Source: Candidatus Omnitrophota bacterium (GTDB lineage: Bacteria; Omnitrophota; Gorgyraeia; Zapsychrales; JANLHA01). Taken from it: a stretch of 64,000 bases of DNA. Where the stretch lies: positions 98,509-162,508 of the forward strand of contig JAKLFA010000003.1 of the NCBI GenBank assembly GCA_022711395.1, given 5' to 3'. Both the position numbers and the translations under genes were made by a program. Below, in pieces: positions 29,483-38,034 of this stretch. The first letter of the stretch is position 1. Each line of letters opens with the position of its first letter. The notes under the pieces were generated by a model, which was not told where the DNA came from, made no database searches, and worked only from the letters and a program-made list of their open reading frames with translations.

Positions 29483-30889
29483 TCAGAGAGCGGATCGCTC
29501 GCGCGCCGTCTTGTTCTCCCTCTTCATCTTGTCCAGGGCCCAGCGCCAGATCGACTCCTGAGCGTAAAGCTCATCGAACATTTCGACCAGATAATCCAGC
29601 CCCATGAGCCGCCCCATAATGTCGACCCGCTTGAGGTCAAAGGCGTCCTTCTGGATCGTGACCGCGGCCCCTGCCCCTAAGACGGGGTCCTTGGCCTCCC
29701 CTAAAATCGCCGCGTTCGTTGCCGAAGGATTTTTGACCGGAGAAAGGCGCACATCCCCCCGGACAGGCCTGCGTCCGGCCACAACGGTCCTGACCGCCGT
29801 GTTGAATTGCGTGAGGGGCATCTGCCGGTCAGCCCTGCTTTCAGACACATTACTGAACTGCGTCCCTCCGGAAAAATACTGACGCGGAATGACCTCGCCG
29901 GTCTCCTCGACCACGTCTTCCTTAATATAGTTATAGGCGCCTTTACGGTAAGATGTGAGATATTGATCATAGATCGCCTGAACCTCGTCCTCTTTTGAAA
30001 CGGCCTCGATCCCGGCGATCTTGCCTCTGTCTCCGTAAGCCTGGGCCACCGCGTTCATCTTCAGCCGGTCCTTGAACCAGCTCGAAAGGATCAGCGCGTG
30101 ATAGATCTGCCGAAGCGGCAGAAAATACGCCCCGTTGTTGACCTCCTCTTCCAAAAGCGGAACGATCACCTCGCGCATCGCCTCGTAAGAATCTTCCCCG
30201 TCGACCGGCACATCCTTGGCGGCTTCATGGTTCTTCCAGGCGAGATAATCCGATTCCAGCATGACCTTCAGACGGGCCTCCGCGATCACGGCACGGTCCT
30301 GTGTTTCATACACGACGGAGTGGTCCGGAACGATCCACACCTTGCTGAAGGTGTATTTGGGGATCTCCTGGCCGCCCATCTGTTCTTTGGCCCTTTTATA
30401 GATCTTGTCCCAGAATTTCTTTCCGACTTCCGTTTCCGGATAGGTCAACGACGCGCTGAGCTGTTTTAAAATATAATCCTGCTTGAGCATGTCCCGGCCC
30501 GTGTCGGTCTGTCCCAGGGTATCGGGAATAATGCGGTTCTGTTCATACGGAGATAAGTTGACCCACAGGTCTTGTTCCGGGATCGCCAGCCCGGCTAAAA
30601 AATAGCGGACCGCTTTTTGAAAGGAGGCGTTCAGATCATCCTGGCTCAGGCTCTCCGCCCCCTGGTCCAGAATAAAGGAAAATTTGAGCGGATCTTCCGG
30701 ATAGGTCTGCAGCCCGATCAGGGCCGGCCCCTGCAAAGGAGCCGAAAGGCTCATGAGCGTTCCGGGTGCGACCATGCCCGCGATATTGAGCGCCCGCGCT
30801 CCCGTTGGCATGGATGTCAGCAGAAAAATAGCTGCCAGAAAGCCATTAATCAGCTTAAAACTTCGATTTTTTGATGAAAAACGTGACAT
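29483..30889 (-). CDS. Secreted hypothetical protein (468 aa) co-transcribed with the PEP-utilizing protein
   Basis: Signal peptide (FLAAIFLLTSMPTGARA). 30-bp gap to the downstream gene. Confidence 0.5.
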   Translation of the reverse strand: MSRFSSKNRSFKLINGFLAAIFLLTSMPTGARALNIAGMVAPGTLMSLSAPLQGPALIGLQTYPEDPLKFSFILDQGAESLSQDDLNASFQKAVRYFLAGLAIPEQDLWVNLSPYEQNRIIPDTLGQTDTGRDMLKQDYILKQLSASLTYPETEVGKKFWDKIYKRAKEQMGGQEIPKYTFSKVWIVPDHSVVYETQDRAVIAEARLKVMLESDYLAWKNHEAAKDVPVDGEDSYEAMREVIVPLLEEEVNNGAYFLPLRQIYHALILSSWFKDRLKMNAVAQAYGDRGKIAGIEAVSKEDEVQAIYDQYLTSYRKGAYNYIKEDVVEETGEVIPRQYFSGGTQFSNVSESRADRQMPLTQFNTAVRTVVAGRRPVRGDVRLSPVKNPSATNAAILGEAKDPVLGAGAAVTIQKDAFDLKRVDIMGRLMGLDYLVEMFDELYAQESIWRWALDKMKRENKTARERSAL

Positions 30890-31035
30890 TTTTTGAATTA
30901 GGGAACGATCCCTTCCTTATAATATTACAAATATACCATATATGATATACAAAAAACAAATCCAAGTGCACAAATCCCAGGCAAACACAGACAACAATCA
31001 TAAAAAAATAATCCGCAAATTCCAAACAATACACA

Positions 31036-31058
31036 ATAAACAACCAACTCAGGGTTGT
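31036..31058 (-). terminator. Possible hairpin terminator after the pilin paralog
   Basis: AACAACC-N6-GGTTGTT inverted repeat immediately after the pilin stop, followed by a U-rich tract on the minus strand. Confidence 0.35.
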
Positions 31059-31511
31059 TTAATGATACTCTTCACATTCGGGAAGTTTGCCGACATACCG
31101 GCCCTGCCCGCACCAGATATAATCTTTGATACCTGACACGATCCAAAACTGGATCCCGTCTTCCGGCAATCCTCCGTCGAGAGTGTTGCGCTTGGCTAAA
31201 ATATATTCCGCCGAATCCGAGATCCAATATTCAAAATGCGCTCCAGGGGCCAGATCCGGATCCTCGATCCCTAAATATTCCCAATCGCTAGCCTGGCCCC
31301 AGCCTTGAGGGCGATCATAACCTCCGGTCATCAAATAATGCCGCTCCAGGGCAGAACGGATCGAGCTGATCTGGACCTGTGCCTCGACAATACGGCTTGT
31401 TTCGACCAGTTTGAAAAGCCTTGGCAGCGCAAGGCTCGTTAACACACCGACAATAACGATCACGATGATCAGCTCTAAAAGAGTGAATCCTTTGCTCCGG
31501 TCCCCTGTCAT
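31059..31511 (-). CDS. Prepilin-type pilin/pseudopilin (GspG-like), paralog 1
   Basis: KGFTLLELIIVIVIVGVLTSLALPRL is the canonical prepilin cleavage/methylation motif. Length 150 aa. Confidence 0.85.
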   Translation of the reverse strand: MTGDRSKGFTLLELIIVIVIVGVLTSLALPRLFKLVETSRIVEAQVQISSIRSALERHYLMTGGYDRPQGWGQASDWEYLGIEDPDLAPGAHFEYWISDSAEYILAKRNTLDGGLPEDGIQFWIVSGIKDYIWCGQGRYVGKLPECEEYH

Positions 31512-31548
31512 TCTGTTTTCTCCAGTCTCATGAGCGGACAGCTCCCTG

Positions 31549-32085
31549 TTAAGCCCCTCTTTCCTCCCACCGGTTCCAGAAAATGCGGGCTGGATCGAAC
31601 TTCTCCTGCGGCCGCTCTTCGCCGGTGGATTGCCCGATAGCGATCACGCAGAACGGAACGATATTGTCCGGCGTTCCCAAAACCCGGCGCACAAAGGCCA
31701 CGCGCTCGTCCCTGGGGCACACCCCGGTCCAGCAGGCGCCCAGGCCCATGGATTCGGCGGCGATCAAAATATTTTCAACAGCCGCGCTGCAGTCCTGGAT
31801 CCAGTAAGGCACTTCCGCCCCGCCGTGCGAAAGGTTGACATCCGCCAGCACAACGATCGCCTGCCCGGCAGAGGCCATCATCTGCGCGTTGGGAAGCCCT
31901 TTCAAAAGCCCGGCGATCACCGAAGCGTCGTCGATGACCACAAAATACCAGCAGCGCTTATTATACGAACACGGCGCGGCCATCCCGGCTCTGACCAGCT
32001 GGGTCAGGTCCTCACGGCTGACCGGCCTGCCCGTGTATTGACGCACGCTTTTGCGGTTTAGAATCGTTTCTATGACGGTGTTCAT
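31549..32085 (-). CDS. Nitroreductase family protein
   Basis: ILNRKSVRQY nitroreductase N-terminal motif. Start chosen at the Met preceded by a GGAGGAG RBS (the ORF track extends to 32100). Confidence 0.8.
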   Translation of the reverse strand: MNTVIETILNRKSVRQYTGRPVSREDLTQLVRAGMAAPCSYNKRCWYFVVIDDASVIAGLLKGLPNAQMMASAGQAIVVLADVNLSHGGAEVPYWIQDCSAAVENILIAAESMGLGACWTGVCPRDERVAFVRRVLGTPDNIVPFCVIAIGQSTGEERPQEKFDPARIFWNRWEERGA

Positions 32086-32148
32086 CGCATTCTCCTCCAT
32101 AATTTGGGGACAGCGCCCTGTTTCAGCAGATACGTCGCTGCCGCCCGT

Positions 32149-32799
32149 CTATTGCTCTCTATCGACTAATTTCGCGCCCAGTTCAAACGCTTTCTGGCAG
32201 TCTTTTGGAAAAATCTCGCGCCGCCGTTTTAATTTCGCCACCGGATCAAAACGCGGCGCGACGATCTTTGAATAATCCTTAAACTGGTAGGTATCAAACG
32301 ATGTCAGCGTCTCACTAAAGCCGAAGATCCTCGCCAGAAGCCCTTCCCTGGCGCCGAAACGCTGAGTGTAGCCGAACTCATCCACCTGATCCGGCGTGAT
32401 CCCCATCGCGTAAATAAATCCGGTCGGGATCTTCTTGGGAAAAAGTGTCGCCGGCGGGTCCGTGTAGGCCAGATACGGAAAAACCAGCCGCTCCAGGAAT
32501 GACTGCATCACTCCGCTGATGTTTCCCAGATAGACCGGCGAGCCCAAAACCAGCGCGTCCGCCTCCTCGATCCTTTTAAAAACGGCCTTGAGGTCATCAT
32601 TCACCACGCAGCGGCCGTAACTTTTGCCGTTTTTTTCCTTGCAGGCGAAACAGCTGGTGCATCCTTTGTAATACAGGTCCCAGAGATGAATAAATTCCGT
32701 TTCGGCCCCCCGGGACGCGGCCCCTTCAAGGGCCTTTTTCAAAAGCGTGGCCGTGTTCCATTCTTTTCTCGGGCTGCCGTTTATAGCGATCACTTTCAT
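32149..32799 (-). CDS. NAD(P)H-dependent FMN reductase / flavodoxin-like fold oxidoreductase
   Basis: MKVIAINGSPRKEWNTA followed by LVLGSPVY. The longer track ORF (to 33006) would overlap the upstream pilin gene, so the internal Met at 32799 was chosen. Confidence 0.75.
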   Translation of the reverse strand: MKVIAINGSPRKEWNTATLLKKALEGAASRGAETEFIHLWDLYYKGCTSCFACKEKNGKSYGRCVVNDDLKAVFKRIEEADALVLGSPVYLGNISGVMQSFLERLVFPYLAYTDPPATLFPKKIPTGFIYAMGITPDQVDEFGYTQRFGAREGLLARIFGFSETLTSFDTYQFKDYSKIVAPRFDPVAKLKRRREIFPKDCQKAFELGAKLVDREQ

Positions 32800-32830
32800 A
32801 AAATCTCTGCCTTTCGCATGTCCTTCTTGA

Positions 32831-33283
32831 TCAATGGTATTCTTCGCACTCCTTGAGCTTGCCGACATACCGGCCCTGCCCGCACCAGATATAATCTTTG
32901 ATGCCCGTCGTGATCCAAAACTGGATCCCGTCTTCCGGCAATCCTCCGTCACGCGCGTTGCGTCTGGCCAAAATATAATGCGCCGAATCATGGATCCAAT
33001 ACTCAAAATGCGCCCCCGGGGCCAGATCCGGATCTTCGATCCCTAAATATTGCCAATCGTTCTCCTGGCCCCAGCCTTGCGGGCGTTCATAACTTCCGGT
33101 CATCAAATAGTGCCGCTCCAGGGCGGAACGGATCGCGCTGATCTGGCCCTGCGCCTCGACAATACGACTTGTTTCGATCACCTTGAAAAGTTTTGGCAAC
33201 GCGATGCTCATTAACACGCCGACAATAACGATCACGATGACAAGCTCTAACAGCGTGAAGCCTTTGTTCAAATGTCTTTTCAT
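32831..33283 (-). CDS. Prepilin-type pilin/pseudopilin (GspG-like), paralog 2
   Basis: NKGFTLLELVIVIVIVGVLMSIALPKL. About 85% amino-acid identity to 31059..31511 across all 150 aa. Confidence 0.85.
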   Translation of the reverse strand: MKRHLNKGFTLLELVIVIVIVGVLMSIALPKLFKVIETSRIVEAQGQISAIRSALERHYLMTGSYERPQGWGQENDWQYLGIEDPDLAPGAHFEYWIHDSAHYILARRNARDGGLPEDGIQFWITTGIKDYIWCGQGRYVGKLKECEEYH

Positions 33284-33397
33284 TGCTCCCTCGTCTTTCC
33301 TCCGTTACTCAACCGCCAACCACACCGTTTTTGTCTTCGGCGAAGTCCTCTCCTCCCGGTGAGTGGGGCGCCCGCCTGAAACGGTCCGCTCGACCCT

Positions 33398-33793
33398 TTA
33401 TTTTTTTCGCATCAGAAAATATCCGACCGTCAAGGCCAGAACGATCGACGCGATCCCGATCAGCGTCAGGCTGTCCACCTCTTTCAAGTCCAGGATAATG
33501 ACCTTCCGCGCGATCGCGATGATCGCCACCGACAGGACCACCTCATAATGCGGATGGCCCTCGGTCAGGTAGGTTTTCATGGTCTCTAACAGTTCGATGC
33601 CGATCACCACCAGCATGATGAACCCGAAGATCTCCAAAAGCTCATTGATGCTCAGAAGCAGCACCGGCGGCTTGATAATGCTTTGAACGATCATCCACCC
33701 GAGGTCCACGGCGGCCAAAAACAAAACCACCGCCATCATGCCCATCAAAGCCATGATCATGACCTTCTCATACTTTTGAAGCAATGCGAACAT
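33398..33793 (-). CDS. Phosphate-starvation-inducible PsiE family membrane protein
   Basis: Four TM helices and a PsiE-like pattern across 131 aa. Confidence 0.65.
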   Translation of the reverse strand: MFALLQKYEKVMIMALMGMMAVVLFLAAVDLGWMIVQSIIKPPVLLLSINELLEIFGFIMLVVIGIELLETMKTYLTEGHPHYEVVLSVAIIAIARKVIILDLKEVDSLTLIGIASIVLALTVGYFLMRKK

Positions 33794-33832
33794 TGTTCTC
33801 CCCCCTCTTCTTATTGCGCTTTTTTGCGCGGA

Positions 33833-34717
33833 TCATCGCGGAACGCACCAGCGGTAACTGTCGATGCACTTCAGCGTGTCTGGCTTAAACCCCGGCGGGC
33901 ATGTTGTTGCCTCAAACGTCTCTCCGGTATCCAGCGCATACGGCCCCTTTTTCATGGCTTCGACTGATGCCAGGCAGCAGTTCACGCTCGCCCTGCTCTT
34001 GCATCCCTCGGCAAGGGCCTGGTAATCCGGCAGGGCCGTTTCATGATGCGCCTGCCCGGCGTCCTGTCCAGCCCCTTGCGCCCTGTCATAAACGCTCTTA
34101 AAAAACTCCGCGTGCTTTGTGTTCGGCTCGATCGAAAAGGGCCGCGCGTGACCCTCATGGATCATGCAGGCGTTTAAAAACCATTCAGCATACTTCCGGC
34201 CGTCCTCATAAACATCATAGATGACGCCGGGAACATGGAGCAGTTTATACTCCCTGACCGTGATATCTTCCCTGAAATACACATACGCCAGCAAACGCCC
34301 ATAATTGTCTTTTTCCTGCTCATCAAACTCGAGCCTCACCTCATCGCCGGGCTTGATCAGCCCCCGCAAGAATTCCGTCGCCTGCTTCGCCCGTTCTACG
34401 TCTTGCGCTGTCCGCTCCCACTTCTTGCCGGCGTTTAAATATGCCGCCTCATCTGCGGTGTAGTCATTCTCCGCGCAATCGATGCCCAAAAGCCGGACGC
34501 GCTCGCCGTTCTCAAGCTGGATCGTGTCGCCGGAGATGACACGCTTGACCTTGATCCTGTTGTGATCATACGCCTTGCCGAAAGGGATGGAGACCTTAAG
34601 CTCCGCGTCCGTGTAAACCTCACCGAAAGCAGGCCCCGCCGATGCCGCGGATATCAAAACCGCGCAGAACCCCATTAACAAAAATCCATAACGCGTTGCT
34701 CCTGACGCCCTGTGCAT
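33833..34717 (-). CDS. Secreted thermonuclease (SNase-like) with a C-terminal Cys-rich domain
   Basis: Signal peptide. VISGDTIQLENGERVRLLGIDCAE is a staphylococcal-nuclease-like motif. C-terminal tail carries about 8 Cys. Confidence 0.75.
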   Translation of the reverse strand: MHRASGATRYGFLLMGFCAVLISAASAGPAFGEVYTDAELKVSIPFGKAYDHNRIKVKRVISGDTIQLENGERVRLLGIDCAENDYTADEAAYLNAGKKWERTAQDVERAKQATEFLRGLIKPGDEVRLEFDEQEKDNYGRLLAYVYFREDITVREYKLLHVPGVIYDVYEDGRKYAEWFLNACMIHEGHARPFSIEPNTKHAEFFKSVYDRAQGAGQDAGQAHHETALPDYQALAEGCKSRASVNCCLASVEAMKKGPYALDTGETFEATTCPPGFKPDTLKCIDSYRWCVPR

Positions 34718-35230
34718 TTATTTCCCCTTTACGCTCTTCGCTTTACGCTTTACGCTGTCTTTAAGCCATTGCCGGTAATACTTTTCATTTTCCTCGGCGG
34801 AACGGCCCGACACATACTTGCGGTAATTCTTCTCCCCCAGTTCCCGGCGGATCGCCTCATCGGGATCGCGGCCGTCCCCGAAGTCGCGGTTCAAAATGAA
34901 CATCACCCGCAGGATCGCTCCGATGGGCCGCGAAAAAAGGTCGGGGTTTTTGCTGCGCGCGATCTCGACCTCATCGACATAAAACGCCGGATCCTTGCGC
35001 ATGATCACCCCGCGCTCTTCCTTAAACATCGCGATGACCCCGGCGACCATCTTGACCTTGTCGTCATAAGACAGCCCGTCCCACACTGCCTCATAGTTCT
35101 GAACGCCCCGCTGAGCATGCGGCTGTCCCGAGGCCGCCTTCGTGTTCTTCTTCGTCTTCGCCTGCGCATTCGCGTTCGTAACGCAGCAGCACATCATCGC
35201 TATCAAACAGATCAGCTTCTTCATATCCAT
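34718..35230 (-). CDS. Secreted hypothetical protein (170 aa)
   Basis: Signal peptide (LICLIAMMCCCVTNANA). Confidence 0.5.
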   Translation of the reverse strand: MDMKKLICLIAMMCCCVTNANAQAKTKKNTKAASGQPHAQRGVQNYEAVWDGLSYDDKVKMVAGVIAMFKEERGVIMRKDPAFYVDEVEIARSKNPDLFSRPIGAILRVMFILNRDFGDGRDPDEAIRRELGEKNYRKYVSGRSAEENEKYYRQWLKDSVKRKAKSVKGK

Positions 35231-35257
35231 CTCACAAATCTTTTAACAGGGCACCAT

Positions 35258-35447
35258 GACACTACGACACTAAAAACCTTAAAACAAGACACTGGGACAC
35301 TACGACACTGTGACACTAAAAACCTTAAAACCCTAGTCACTAAGTACCAATGTCTTAGTGTCTTAGTGCCTTAGTGCCTTAGTGTCTTAGTGCCTTAGTG
35401 CCTTAGTGCCTTAGTGCCTTAGTGCCTTAGTGCCTTAGTGCCTTATT
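35258..35447. repeat. Octamer-repeat palindromic element, copy A
   Basis: Left arm of phased GACACT(A/G)N octamers, then AAAACCTTAAAACC, then a central hairpin CACTAAG-TACCAATGT-CTTAGTG, then a right arm of about 11 CTTAGTG(C/T) octamers. About 70 bp are identical to copy C. Confidence 0.9.
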
Positions 35448-35601
35448 TTATGCCGATCGCCTTCAATATCATCCGCCCGAGCTTCCGCTCACGTCCGGAG
35501 GCGGTCAAAGGGACGCCGATCTTTCTGGAAATTTTTCCCTTCAGGCCCGATATTCCCAGCGCCCGTTTCCACGAAAATGAAAATCCGAAATTCTTTCCCA
35601 T
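35443..35601 (-). CDS. Small basic protein (52 aa), hypothetical
   Basis: Not in the ORF track because it is under 60 aa. ATG at 35601 is preceded by a strong GGAGGGG RBS. Manual translation: MGKNFGFSFSWKRALGISGLKGKISRKIGVPLTASGRERKLGRMILKAIGIK. The stop codon lies inside repeat copy A. Confidence 0.4.
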   Translation of the reverse strand: MGKNFGFSFSWKRALGISGLKGKISRKIGVPLTASGRERKLGRMILKAIGIK

Positions 35602-35611
35602 ATTCCCCTCC

Positions 35612-35785
35612 TAAATCCGAATATACAAATTCCAATACACAAATTCCAAACAATAAACAATTACCAAAAAACAAATCACAAACTTCAAACTGTTGTTGAT
35701 CGTGATGTGTGGTTTGCCTGGTGTTGGGGTGTTGTGTGTTGTTCCTTGCTTGGTATTTGAATTTTGTGTATTGTGATTTCCGCTC
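35612..35785. repeat. Long imperfect CA-rich/GT-rich palindrome (second repeat family)
   Basis: CA-rich arm (acaaattccaatacacaaattccaaacaataaacaa...) followed by a GT-rich near-complement. A related CA-rich segment recurs at 30990-31045. Confidence 0.7.
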
Positions 35786-35786
35786 T

Positions 35787-36230
35787 TTACCCTTTCCGCT
35801 TTAACTCCTCCAGACTTTTCAGTCGAAACCCCAGCTCCCAATACCGGCACTCCACGCGGCTGTTCTCGGTGATCTTAATTTCCGTCTCCGGCGACAGGCT
35901 GATCAGCCCGTGCCAGGTCCCTTTATAGAGAATGACCGGTTTGTCGAGCCGGAAACATTCGATCCGTTTGAAATCTTTTTCCGTCGACACAAAGATCAGC
36001 GCCTCACCCGCAACCGGCTCAAAGGTCTCATCAGAAGCCGGATGACTTTCCATGCGGCCGATGGTCTTGTCGCGCAGGACCAGATACGCCACGCGCCAGC
36101 CGTTTTTTTCAGCCACCGTATGAACGATCCGCCAAAGATTGCGCTTCGTTCCCTTCAGCTCTTTCGACGGGTATTCAATGATCTTGCCGTATTGTTTAAA
36201 ATTTTTTCTGCCCGGTGACTGGATCAGCAT
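35787..36230 (-). CDS. Ureidoglycolate lyase-like cupin protein
   Basis: FKQYGKIIEYPSK parallels the AllA N-terminal F-x-x-Y-G-x-x-I-E motif. The TWHGLISLS region parallels AllA's conserved W-H-H segment. Confidence 0.5.
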   Translation of the reverse strand: MLIQSPGRKNFKQYGKIIEYPSKELKGTKRNLWRIVHTVAEKNGWRVAYLVLRDKTIGRMESHPASDETFEPVAGEALIFVSTEKDFKRIECFRLDKPVILYKGTWHGLISLSPETEIKITENSRVECRYWELGFRLKSLEELKRKG

Positions 36231-36390
36231 CCAATTTTCTTTCCATGTGTCTTGTGCCGTGTGTCCGCTTTAATGTCTTAAAGACGTTGAATGCGGCGTA
36301 TCATTAATAGATCGCGCGAAACGTCCGATCCATCTTCCGCGTCCCAGTATACAATAAAGCGCTTTTGAGCAAAAGCTTTCCGTCTTCCGC

Positions 36391-38031
36391 CTATTTTCTT
36401 CCCTCGATCACGCAGATATGCGTATCTGAATCGGTGTAAACCGCCGAACACGCATCCGCCAGAGCATCCCGCATCGTTTCCCAGGTCGCTGGAAAAAGGA
36501 AGATCTTAACCCGGGCCTGCCCCTTCGGCAATTGCGCCGCCAGCTCCTCGGCCTCATGAAGCTCCGTGATCCTGTAGACCCGCTTCTGCGAATACGCCAG
36601 CGCCTCAGGCGGAAGGTCGGTGATCTCAAAATCGAACGATAAACACAGATCATGATACGCGGCGTTCCTTTTGACGAGCTCTCCCACCCTTTTATACTGA
36701 TCATCATCCTCCCCGAAAAACCGTTCGTAACAGAACGCTGTCCTGAAAAAAACTCCGCCCGAAAGAAGAACAAAAAAACTCAGCAGGAACGCCAGATCAA
36801 GCATCTTTCTCCGCCGCATTTCCGGGGCCCGTGTGAAATAAACGACCGGAAATATCCCGAAGGGGATCAAAGAAAAACTCAGGGCCCACTTGAGCGCCGC
36901 GAAGTCATGGATCATCGAATGCTGCTGAAAGACCAGCCCCTGAAGAACACAGGGCAGAACGGTCAGCAGGACCAGATAAACAGCTGTTCCTGCGAGGCCC
37001 CGTTCACGCGCCGGTGTTTTGCCGCGCCCCTTTTCAAACGCGCCATACAAAAACACCATCACCACCGCCGCCACCGTCGACAAGGTCAGGACCAGGCCGT
37101 AACCGTCCACGATGTGCCCGGCAAGATAGTGTTCCAAAAATCCGGGGAAGATGCCCTTCCATCCGACGCCGGACCTCCAGAAGAACGTCTTAAGCAGCCG
37201 GCCGAGGGCACCTGCGGAAAAAATCTGATACGCGTAAATCCCGATGCCCGCAAGAGCGGGGGCCACGAACGTTCGCGCGCTCACGGCGATCTGCCGGACA
37301 CGGCCGGATGCGTCCTTTGAAAAAAACAGCACCCTCAGGACAGCCGCGACCGCGATCACAAAAACAAACAGCCAATCCGTCAGCACGCCCAGGAAAACGG
37401 TCCCGCCCAGCAGGAGGCGGTCAGCGGACTTCAGCGTTCTGTTCAGATAATATTTCATTTCCAGATAAACAAAGATGACAAAAAACAGCATGACCGCCTG
37501 GTCCGCGAAAAAAACATTCTGATGCCAATACAATGTCGGAGGAGTGAACAGATACACCAGCGAAGGCGCCGCGGAAAAGGCAATATTGCCGGGGCTCACG
37601 GCCTTCACGCCGTCGATGATCATGAGCATCAAAGCAAACAGCATCCACGCGATCGCCAGGTGGTTTGCGAGGTTGTAGGCCTGATACAGCCTGATCAGGT
37701 CCTGGATGCCGAAGGCCTTCGCGATCAGGAACGCCGGGATGAACGCTCCGGGAGGATAAGAGACATACGGATCCCTCAGGGCAAGACCGCTGAATTCGAT
37801 CGAATCCGGGTTAAGGACATGCATGAACTTCAGCTTGAACGCGCCGTCGTTAAGCCAATTACGCGTCACGCACACAGAATGCGCCGTCAGCCATTCGTGA
37901 TGGGGCCCCAAAGGCCGGGCGAACCATTTCTGACGAAGAACAACGGAATACATGAAGCACACCCCGATCAGCACAAAGCACAGGGCGGTTATGGCCTTTT
38001 GCCGGTTTATCCCGGATGCGCGCTCTTGCAT
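36391..38031 (-). CDS. Polytopic membrane protein, putative GT-C-type glycosyltransferase
   Basis: More than 10 TM helices plus a C-terminal soluble domain. Sits directly upstream of the FAD-dependent Glf-like gene. Confidence 0.4.
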   Translation of the reverse strand: MQERASGINRQKAITALCFVLIGVCFMYSVVLRQKWFARPLGPHHEWLTAHSVCVTRNWLNDGAFKLKFMHVLNPDSIEFSGLALRDPYVSYPPGAFIPAFLIAKAFGIQDLIRLYQAYNLANHLAIAWMLFALMLMIIDGVKAVSPGNIAFSAAPSLVYLFTPPTLYWHQNVFFADQAVMLFFVIFVYLEMKYYLNRTLKSADRLLLGGTVFLGVLTDWLFVFVIAVAAVLRVLFFSKDASGRVRQIAVSARTFVAPALAGIGIYAYQIFSAGALGRLLKTFFWRSGVGWKGIFPGFLEHYLAGHIVDGYGLVLTLSTVAAVVMVFLYGAFEKGRGKTPARERGLAGTAVYLVLLTVLPCVLQGLVFQQHSMIHDFAALKWALSFSLIPFGIFPVVYFTRAPEMRRRKMLDLAFLLSFFVLLSGGVFFRTAFCYERFFGEDDDQYKRVGELVKRNAAYHDLCLSFDFEITDLPPEALAYSQKRVYRITELHEAEELAAQLPKGQARVKIFLFPATWETMRDALADACSAVYTDSDTHICVIEGRK

Positions 38032-38034
38032 GGT

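Noticed and set aside
32149-33006. Full 285-aa track ORF for the FMN-reductase gene.
   Set aside because: The N-terminal 69 codons overlap the pilin paralog and are Arg/Ser-rich. The flavodoxin-like fold begins at the internal Met (MKVIAINGSPR), so the gene was trimmed to 32149..32799.
35258-35447. Possible CRISPR array, because of the regularly spaced 8-bp direct repeats (CTTAGTGC x11).
   Set aside because: The units are contiguous with no unique spacers and are only 8 bp long. The opposite arm carries the reverse-complement units, so this is a palindromic satellite-like element, not a CRISPR.
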